Shown: piece by piece, positions 1-8,611 of the stretch | Numbering within the stretch: the stretch's first letter is position 1 | Layout of the letters: each line of letters opens with the position of its first letter | From: Piedraia hortae CBS 480.64 | Lineage: Eukaryota | Direction of reading: 5' to 3' | Assembly (NCBI GenBank): GCA_010093745.1 | Contig: MU005960.1 | Span: 432,849 to 481,346 of the forward strand | DNA length: 48,498 bases | Position numbers and translations under genes: made by a program | The notes under the pieces: generated by a model | Told to the model about the DNA's origin: nothing | The model's database searches: none | What the model saw: only the letters and a program-made list of their open reading frames with translations

Positions 1-225
1 CGGATGCTGATGGTGTACGGGAGCCTATGTCAAAGTAGTCGCTATGGAAGTGAGAATACACTATTATGGATGGTTGTACACGTTGAGATGTGGTCGTACA
101 TGATGCTACCTCATCCAGATACAAGAAAATCTCTCTCTTGAGGCGGTTGATCGTTCAGTGAGTTGCTGAGTCAGCATTCCGTTGGAAACAACAGCATCTG
201 GGAAAACAAGAAAGGCGCAAAGAGA

Positions 226-1883
226 ATGGCAGAAGTAATGAATGGACAAGCGTCTCACAGTACAGCCCCAAGACCGCCCATTCCCACAGCTCAGAATGTC
301 ATCTTGATCGACAATTGTATGATGATCATATGACCAACTTTTTACCTCGAAGCTGACCTCGAGCAAGATGACAGTTTTACCTGGAACGTATACCAATACC
401 TCGTACTCGAGGGCGTGCGTTCTATCTAAACCTCAACACATCCCAATCCTAACAAACAAAACAGGCAACCGTTCAAGTTTTCAGAAACGACAAGATTTCC
501 CTAGACGAGCTCATCGCGCAGAAGCCGACTCAACTCGTGGTCTCACCCGGACCCGGACATCCCGATACGGACTCTGGAATCAGTAAAGCAGCCATCGAGC
601 ATTTTGCCGGAAAGATTCCCGTCCTCGGCGTTTGTCTAGGCGAGCAATGCATCTATTCGCTTTACGGAGGAGTTGTGTCCCAGACTGGACAAATTCTACA
701 TGGTAAGACCTCGTCTCTCAAGCATGACGGGAAGGGTATCTACGCTGGACTTCCCCAGGATCTCCCCGTTACGAGGTACCACTCCCTAGCTGGTGCTCAC
801 GCCTCTCTCCCCGAATGTCTAGAGATTAGCAGTTGGGTCGCGGCGGGGCCGGGTGGTGATGGCAAGGGCATCATAATGGGCGTCAGACACAAGGAACTGT
901 TAGTCGAGGGCGTGCAGTTCCATCCAGAGAGTATCTTAACCAAAGAAGGAAGAGTCATGCTGAGGAACTTTCTCCAAATGCAGGGCGGAACGTGGGCCGA
1001 AAACACACGTCTAACAGGTGGCAAACACCCAAATGGCACAACCAACGGCGTCGCTAAAAAACAAGACACGTCGATCCTCCAGAGAATCTACGCCTGTCGA
1101 AGAACTGCCGTTGCGGCGCAGAAGGAGACGCCTTCTCTTCGGCTTGAGGACCTCCAATCCGCATATGACCTTGGCCTCGCACCTCCTTTGATAGACTTCG
1201 CAACTCGTCTCCGACAATCACCCTACAAACTCTCGCTCATGGCAGAGATCAAACGAGCCAGTCCGTCCAAGGGGATAATTTCACTCACCGTCAACGCCCC
1301 CGCGCAGGCTCGCGCGTACGCCCTCGCGGGCGCGAGCACGATCAGTGTTTTGACCGAGCCGGACTGGTTCAAGGGCTCGATACACGATTTGAGATTCGTA
1401 AGGGAGGCTGTGGATGGGATGTCAAATCGGCCTGCGATTCTACGGAAGGAGTTTATTTTTGAGGAGTACCAGATTCTTGAAGCGAGGCTAGCGGGCGCGG
1501 ATACGGTGCTGCTGATTGTTAAGATGCTTGGAGTTGAGGATCTTACGAGGTTATATCATTATTCGAAGAGCCTGAGTATGGAGCCTCTGGTGGAGGTTAA
1601 TACAGTGGAGGAGATGGAGGTTGCGAATAAGTTGGGGGCCAAGGTGATCGGGGTGAATAACCGCAACTTGACCACGTTTGATGTGGATATGGAGACGACT
1701 ACGAGGTTGCTGGGGATGGTTGGGGAGGGTACAATTTTGTGTGCGCTGAGTGGGATTTCAGGGCCGCAGGATGTGGCTGCTTACAAGGAGAAGGGGGTTG
1801 GTGCGGTGCTGGTTGGGGAGGCGTTGATGAGAGCTGAGGAGCCTGCTCGGTTTGTTGAGAATCTCCTTGGTGAGGATTCGTGA
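226..1883 (+). CDS. TRP3: Bifunctional anthranilate synthase component II (glutamine amidotransferase) / indole-3-glycerol-phosphate synthase; TrpC lacking its C-terminal PRAI domain. Exons 226-316, 368-414, 465-1883
   Basis: Manual splicing: ATG 226 MAEVMNG...NVILIDN; intron 317-367 (GTATGA..GCTGAC..AAG); [16 protein letters not shown]; intron 415-464 (GTGCGT..CTAAC..CAG); ATVQVFRND...SPGPGHP. GATase motifs [22 protein letters not shown] motifs [45 protein letters not shown]. Ends [10 protein letters not shown]. Confidence 0.95.
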
Positions 1884-1912
1884 TTTTGTTTTTCTACAGA
1901 GTTATGGAAGAA

Positions 1913-2752
1913 TCAGATCCTCGCCCTAAGCGGCTGCAGGCCAAAGGAATTCCAAAACTCGCGCGAATCGTAGCAACGGCCCAAGGCCTCCATACTTCTC
2001 GGCAAGGCCCTTACATTGTGCTCGACCATGAGCTCAAACACCCATTTTGCTTGTTTGGTAGGTTTCTCGTCCTCTTTGACATCGGCCCAGCCAACAAGCA
2101 ACGACCACCAGTCATAGACGAATCCATCAGTGAGCATCCACCTCTGGCCCTTTCCCAGCTCCTCCCACTTGTCGCGCTGGATCAAGGCCACGATAGACCG
2201 CGCCACATCTAGGCCGTGAACCATATGAAGACTTTTCTTACCCTCTACATCTTCCTTCGTCTTGGTTACTCGGTCAATCCAGTTCCTTGGCATTCTCTCC
2301 CCGCCCCAGAGTCCGGAGAGGTTCAACACGCAGCCGCCGAGAGCCAGGAGCTCGTCCTCGGCCACAGCTCGGGAACCGGTGCGGTTGTGCGGAGAATGGC
2401 GGGTTATCCAATGATCTTTTTGCTCTACACCTTGCCAGATGCTCGAGCTGCCCAGCTGGATGAAGCGGACACTATCCGCTACATGACCAGAAAACGCAGC
2501 TTTGTAGCCGTTCACCAGCCCCTTGCTCTCCCCGCTCCCATTTAGAGGAAATGTGATAAGAACGTGCCTAGCAAGAGGCAAAGCGGTGAAATCACCGTTA
2601 TCATCGAAACTCCATTTAATAGTCTTGAACCCTTCCACATCGCGACCATCACGTGTTGTCGCCGCAAACAACAAACTCGTAGTCTTGAGCAGCGGCAGGA
2701 GAAACGTCCCAGTCCATCCCGCACCGAGTACTAGAATATCGTATTCGCGCAT
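1913..2752 (-). CDS. Uncharacterised NAD(P)-binding Rossmann-fold protein (atypical SDR/epimerase-like), ~279 aa
   Basis: First ATG at 2752 (MREYDILVLGAGWTG, a GxGxxG dinucleotide-binding loop), then ATTR, VLITFP, FIQLGSSSIW, VLNLSGLWG, LHMVHGLDVARSI, typical of extended/atypical SDRs. Ends ...LRARI*. Confidence 0.8.
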   Translation of the reverse strand: MREYDILVLGAGWTGTFLLPLLKTTSLLFAATTRDGRDVEGFKTIKWSFDDNGDFTALPLARHVLITFPLNGSGESKGLVNGYKAAFSGHVADSVRFIQLGSSSIWQGVEQKDHWITRHSPHNRTGSRAVAEDELLALGGCVLNLSGLWGGERMPRNWIDRVTKTKEDVEGKKSLHMVHGLDVARSIVALIQRDKWEELGKGQRWMLTDGFVYDWWSLLVGWADVKEDEKPTKQAKWVFELMVEHNVRALPRSMEALGRCYDSREFWNSFGLQPLRARI

Positions 2753-2812
2753 TGTTTTGCTGAATGGAATCTCCCATTGCCGTTTTACGTCCACAGGCTT
2801 ACTCAGCCCGTA

Positions 2813-3502
2813 TCAGATGGCCTTGACGGTTTCTACAAACTTCCTAATTTTGTTCAGGTCCTGCTTCCCTCCCGTTTCTAACCCACTGCTTGCATCTACA
2901 CCGATGATTTGCCCTTTTAGCTCTGGCCCCACACCTTCCACAACTTCTCTGACGTTATCTGCACGCAAGCCCCCCGCGAGTAGGATGTTTAGGTCCGGGT
3001 TGCGTGTCAGTAGGGTCTTGACTGCAGCGAGAGAGACCCTCTCGCCTGTTCCACCGGCACCTGAGTCGATCAGGGGGATTATATGTTGTTTAGTGCTAGA
3101 TACGTTGCATTCGTCTGCGCTAAAGCTTTTGATGACGGGTTTGCCGTCGAACTCCCCCGCCCAGTCGAGAGGCTCGGAGCCGTGTAGTTGGATGACGTCT
3201 ACGTTGTAGAGGGATGAGATGCGTTGTACCTCGTCGAGGGGTTGGTTTTGGAATACGCCGACGAGAAGCGCTCTTTGGGCGTTGTAGAGACCACTGATGC
3301 TCTCTGGCTGTGATGATGAGGTAGATGGCTTGGAGATGCTATGCACGATGCGAGATATACCTCGGGCATCTTCTGGGGAGACGGTGCGACTCCGTCCCGG
3401 TACGCAGATGATGCCTATCAGGTCTGCACCAGAGAGGATGGCCGTTTCAGCGGCTTCGGCTGTGCGCGTGCCGCAGACTTTAACCAGATGCTTTCTTACC
3501 AT
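2813..3502 (-). CDS. TRP1: Stand-alone N-(5'-phosphoribosyl)anthranilate isomerase (PRAI, TrpF), 229 aa
   Basis: Uninterrupted ORF with the full PRAI motif set: LVKVCGTRT (catalytic Cys), GADLIGII, LVGVFQNQ, DVIQLHGSE, LIDSGAGGTG (catalytic Asp), LLAGGLRADNV, GVDASSGLE, DLNKIRKFV. Confidence 0.95.
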   Translation of the reverse strand: MVRKHLVKVCGTRTAEAAETAILSGADLIGIICVPGRSRTVSPEDARGISRIVHSISKPSTSSSQPESISGLYNAQRALLVGVFQNQPLDEVQRISSLYNVDVIQLHGSEPLDWAGEFDGKPVIKSFSADECNVSSTKQHIIPLIDSGAGGTGERVSLAAVKTLLTRNPDLNILLAGGLRADNVREVVEGVGPELKGQIIGVDASSGLETGGKQDLNKIRKFVETVKAI

Positions 3503-3773
3503 TACAGGTGTCTGCAGGGAGCTATCTCGGATTACATATGTAACTACAGCTTTAGCTTGCGATGACCGAATCAGAAATGCGTAGTGCGTGGCGCCACAAC
3601 TTCTGTCCCGAATCAGCCTCGTCGCAGGCTGAGTGTATACCCACCCCTACTGCAACTGCCTCTATGCTTCAACCCCCTTGCGCAGTTGCCCACAGCAAGC
3701 CACATGTAAGAATCAGTAGCGGGAAAAGGCAGCGCTACAGAGACTGAGCGCCGTCAGCACACCGGCAGCCGCC

Positions 3774-6700
3774 ATGCACCACCGCTCGCGCCTGGTTGAC
3801 CTCCTCATATGGAGTCTGGTGCCGCAGCTGGCCAACGCTCTGCAGAAGCGTCTTGGAGAGGATGTGGCGGCCGGCGGCGTGTCCGGCGGGCTGTCAGTCG
3901 GCCTCCACCAGCCGCCAGACTCGCTCCAGACTACACCGAGCGGCGACAGTCCGTCGCTCGCCCACAAGCTGCCCAATGAGCGCGCCCTTGCGACCTTTGA
4001 CGCTCCGGCCTCGGCCGTCCGAGCATTCAGTTCTGCTTCCGCGGTTCCCCCCACCGCTGGCCTCGCGACGCGGTTAGCGGCGCGGACGCTGCAGGACTGG
4101 CAGGTTGAGGAGTTGATCCTCCTGGCGACTGTTGACGGCTCCATTCATGCGCGTAATCGCTCCACGGGCGCCCCGCACTGGGTTCTGGCGCTGGGCCAGC
4201 CCATGGTCGAGACGACGTACCGCCGCAATAGGAGCGGCGACGGCGTCCCGGAGGACCCCGTCTGGGTCATTGAGCCGACGCAGGACGGCGGAATCTTTTA
4301 CTACGACCCTATTGCTGGCTCCGGCCTCCAACGGCTCGGCCTCACGGTCAAGGAGCTCGCCGATCGCTCGCCCTACGCTTACGAGGGCCCGCCTGCCGTC
4401 GTCTACACTATGCAGAAGCTGAATTCCCTGTATATGATTGATGCCGCCAATGGCTCCGTTATCGGCGAGTTTGGCACCGCTGCTTCGGCCAACAACACCA
4501 CATGTCCGCCAGCCGAAGCGTTGGACGTGAACAGGTGCGAATCTGGACGCATCACCATAGGCAAGACAGAATACATCATTAATATCCAAGATATCAACAC
4601 GCGCGAAGTCATCACTCGTCTCCGCTACTTTGAATGGACGCCCAACAACCGTGATCAGGACCTCTTGGCCGAATACAAGTCCAGCATCGACGGGCAGTAT
4701 TTCTATTCCACGGCCGACGGCACTATCAATTGCATGCAGACGGTGGGCGAAAAGGTTGCGTCTAATACGGCCTTTAACTACACCCTCGACTCTCCCATAG
4801 TCAGGGCTTTTGACCTTGTAAAGCCGACTGGCGATGACGCCAAAGATTCGCCCCTCACCCTTCTCCCGCAACCGCGAGATCCTCTGCTCAAGAGCGTTCT
4901 GCACAACAATCATGGCTCCAGTGAGCGTGTGCGGGTCAACTGCACATCAGATGACAGTTGTTTTGCACTCTCTGAAGTCAACTATCCCGCCATTGCGGAG
5001 GGAATACCTGTAGCTGATTACTATGTCGAACGGGTATTTGGCTATCCCCGTGAAAGCAGTTGGAGAGGCTGGCCCCGGAAACTGTCCGGAGTACACTTTC
5101 TCGATGCACAAGGTCCGCAGCCGATCCGCCGCATCTCTGGTCCCGTCTATCCTGGCATTGAAGGCCCGCCCATAGAGACGGAGAAGCCCATGTCAGAGCT
5201 ATCACCTAAGCAGAGTCCGAGCTACATCACACGGTTTATTTTGCTGTTAACCGTCTTTACCACTCTCCTCGCCTTTTACGTGGCACACACCAAAAAGACC
5301 CCGGCTCAAACCAGGAAGCATGCCAAAGAGACAGTCGAGTCAGACTCCAAGCCTCGATTAGCCCCAGCGGTACGCGAGGCAGAACCTGCCAAAGAGACCA
5401 TCTTTGCTGGTGCAACCGCTAATGAGACGCCCCTCGAGAAGGTAGAATTTCCCGCATCAGAAGAGAAAGAGAACCAGGTGCCAGCGGCTGATGAGGTAGA
5501 GCCCGATCTAGAGCCCAAGGTAAACCATGAGCCGACTCCTGCAGGGGAAGGAGCCGTCAAGCCCAAGGCGAAACATCCGCGGGGCAGGCGAGGTGGTCGC
5601 AAGGAGAAAGAAAGGCAACGATTAGCGGCAGAACGCTGGCAGCAGCAGCAGCAGCAGCAGCAGCCGAGCACGGTTTCCATCCAAGAGTCGGAAGAAAAAT
5701 ATGCGGGTCCGCTGAAGATCAACAACCTCATAATATTCAAGGACAGTATCATTGGTGAAGGCAATGGTGGCACGTTGGTGTTTGAAGGAATGTTTGAAAA
5801 TCGAAAAGTTGCTGTCAAACGCATGCTCTCTCATCACTATCAGCTGGCCTCGCAAGAGGTAAACTTTTTGCAGCAAAGCGACGATCATCCAAATGTCGTG
5901 CGTTACTTTTGCCAGGAAAAGGATGACCACTTCTTGTACATCGCCGTCGAGCTTTGCCAGGCTAGTCTGTACGACATTTGGGAGTTTCAGAGAGCCAAAA
6001 CGGCGGAAAGGCGACAGCAGTTGGAGAACCTCAAAGACCAGATTCAGCAGGACATTCCTTCTGCCCTCTTGCAGCTCGCCAAAGGTCTTTGCCATTTGCA
6101 CGAGTTGCGCATAATCCACCGCGACATCAAGCCACACAACATTCTGGTCGCCTTCCCAAAGCCAGGGCAGACAAAAACCAGAATTGTTATTTCCGACTTC
6201 GGTCTCGGCAGGAACCTACCCGAGAACGCGTCAACCATTGTCGACCCTACTGGCAATGTTGGAACAGTGGGATGGAAGGCACCAGAGCTTATCACGCAGC
6301 ACAAAGAGGGGGACGGTAGGAGCAGCACGTCCTCGGCCACGGCTAGTGACAAGGGCTTGGGTGCGGCCTCGGGCGTTAAACGGGCTGCGGACATCTTTTC
6401 AATGGGGTGTCTGTTCTACTGGGTCATGACGGATGGTGTCCACCCGTTTGCAAACGAATCCGACTACCAGTTCCTTCGCGATCTTCATATCATCAATGAT
6501 CAGAAGAACATGGAAAAGTTGGCTTCTTGGGAAGATACTCACGAGGCCATGACGCTCATCACCTGGATGTTGGAGCACCAACCTGAACGTCGGCCCACTG
6601 CTCAGCAAGTGTTGAACCATCCCTTTTTCTGGCCGCCCAAAAAGAGACTCGCTTTTCTGTGCGATGTGTCCGATCATTTCGAAAAGGAACCACGAGGAAG

Positions 6701-7123
6701 GCACGAGGACGGATACAAGGATGACTCGCCGAACCTCTGTAAGTTTTTTTTTTTTTTTTCCCAACCCTGTTTTCAATCAATCTAACAGTCCAAGGCGTGC
6801 TCGAAGCATGTGCTACAGAGGTCATTGGTCCTAAGGGCAACTTTTTGGCTATCCTAGATAAAGCATTTGTGGATACGCTCGGAAAGCAACGCAAATACAC
6901 CGGTAATCGAATGCTGGACCTTCTCCGGGCTTTACGCAACAAGAAGAATCACTACGAGGATATGACTGACGAGATGAAGCGCAGGGTTGGGCCTCTGCCG
7001 GACGGATACCTAAACTACTGGTGTCGCAAGTTTCCGCACTTGCTCATGGCTTGCTACCAGGTCATACGCACCATTGAGTTGGAGCAGAGTAATCGTTTTA
7101 AGGAGTATTTCATGGCGCTCTGA
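3774..7123 (+). CDS. IRE1: ER-stress sensor Ser/Thr kinase-endoribonuclease Ire1. Exons 3774-6738 and 6795-7123
   Basis: N-terminal signal peptide; luminal domain (LLATVDGSIHARNRSTG, WVIEPTQDG); TM helix (FILLLTVFTTLLAFYVA); kinase (IGEGNGGT, VAVKR, HPNVVRYF, IHRDIKPHNIL, ISDFGL, GTVGWKAPE); KEN RNase domain (DLLRALRNKKNHY). Intron 6739-6794 (GTAAGT, T16 tract, CTAAC, AAG) joins the two ORFs in frame. Confidence 0.96.
5640..5663 (+). repeat. (CAG)8 microsatellite encoding poly-Gln in the Ire1 cytosolic linker
   Basis: Eight perfect CAG units, translated as W-Q8-P. Confidence 0.9.
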
Positions 7124-7939
7124 TCGTGATATTATTTAGGGTAGACTGTGAGCAATGTGACAACCTGTGTGTTGTTTATCCATGTGAAGTAGTTATCGGT
7201 GGCTGGTAGCTTCCCGCATATTACAGAGAATTTCTGCAGCATATGCCGTTTACAGGGCATGGTGATGCTTGGTGGACATCCGAACAAGATTAGGTTGTAC
7301 GCCATGCCGAAATCGGGGAAAATTTTGCTACGGTAGATGCACCTGATGACGGGTTGACAGCATGAGAGTTTGCGCCACAAACGGTCGCGAGCCCAACCTC
7401 GACCTTGCTTTCCTGCATTGCCTGGCCACGAGTGGCGCCACATTAGCGAGACTCTCCCCTGCGGTCGATCAGACAAACGTGGGCATGAAGCAAACGGTCC
7501 GGGCCCTGTAGAATCCTTGTTGGATTCTGCGACTAGCCAACATCACCCTTCGCTGAAACCACGAGAAGCTGCTCTCCCGGTAAAGAACGGCCTCCGCTCT
7601 CGGATACGGCCGAAGGTGTCCGACGTATACTGTCACCAGCTCACATGCATCGGTATGCCGGTTCTTATCCCGCCTGCTTGCAAGATTTCCAGCACGTTTC
7701 CAACGCAGGTTTGGCCTCTACCATTGGGCCGGTCAATCTGTCTGGTGGTTCAATTGCCGCCACTGACCGCCAGACGTAGTAGATCCTCCTGGGTCTACCC
7801 TCCATTCCCCTCCAGGGGCAATACGTGTTTAATCTCTTGACTGCATGTTCGAATAGACAAATCCCCCCCTCCCCCTTCCCTCTCCCCTTCCATAAGTAGA
7901 ATCTCTATCCCCAATCAGCGGTGAATTCCCAGGAAGAAT

Positions 7940-8611
7940 ATGTCCACAAATCCTCTCCCCTGCGCAGCTCTCCTCACTGACATCGGCCGAATCCGTTCTG
8001 CCGAACATCAAATCGCAATCCCCTTAGCCGTATCCATCGTCGACGGGGAACTTCCATGGCGCGGAACAGCATACATTGACACCATCGACCTTTTCCCCGC
8101 GCACGTGGCCCAGCTCTGCTCACCAGCCATCATCAACTTTGGCTGCAGCGCCAGCATCTTATCCGAAGGCTCCGACGACACCACTGTCCCCGTACAACTC
8201 GAATGGGAGACCAGCGACCTCATGCCCGCCCCCGCTGCCGCCTTCTGGGCAGCCTGCAAAACGCCCCTCGCTCCCCTCTCCGGCTTAGAACCTCAAAACC
8301 TAAACATCAACTGGCGAGAGAGAATCCCCCATCTCCCCCGATGGGGAATCACGCCAGGATGGGACACCCCCTGGGGCTACGTCGTAGGCGAAACCGACCG
8401 CATGCCGTTTGAGTGTAGACTTTATTCCGATGGGACATATGTCCTAGCTCGCACCGCTACGCTTGTAAATGTGAGGCCGACGGGGGAGGGCCGCTTCGCG
8501 GTTCAGGTTGAGATCGTCATTCATCCGGAATGGACCCTTGTGCTGGTGGGGTTTGTGCATCCAGAGTGTCATCTTGCTGTGCTGAATGTGCATGGATTGA
8601 TGCTTAGGTGA
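7940..8611 (+). CDS. Hypothetical protein, 223 aa, no recognisable family
   Basis: ATG-initiated uninterrupted ORF with a pyrimidine-rich tract upstream (7860-7890) and the same 5' C-rich / 3' G-rich pattern as bona fide genes in the window. Confidence 0.5.
   Translation: MSTNPLPCAALLTDIGRIRSAEHQIAIPLAVSIVDGELPWRGTAYIDTIDLFPAHVAQLCSPAIINFGCSASILSEGSDDTTVPVQLEWETSDLMPAPAAAFWAACKTPLAPLSGLEPQNLNINWRERIPHLPRWGITPGWDTPWGYVVGETDRMPFECRLYSDGTYVLARTATLVNVRPTGEGRFAVQVEIVIHPEWTLVLVGFVHPECHLAVLNVHGLMLR

Noticed and set aside
1870..1899. GTGAGG…TTTCTACAG intron-like segment spanning the TRP3 stop, or a donor for trans-splicing to PRAI
   Set aside because: Only 30 nt with no branch site, and splicing gives a meaningless tail. 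Its phase does not match the CAG or TAG acceptors upstream of PRAI; only a non-canonical GAG would fit.
2523..4913. Long antisense ORFs (2523-3209 +, 4074-4913 -) and similar ones opposite other genes
   Set aside because: Shadow frames of GC-rich coding sequence with no independent motifs.
6782..6788. Alternative IRE1 acceptor CTAACAG (in frame, +2 aa)
   Set aside because: The AG is directly adjacent to the branch site, so the AAG at 6794 is more plausible.
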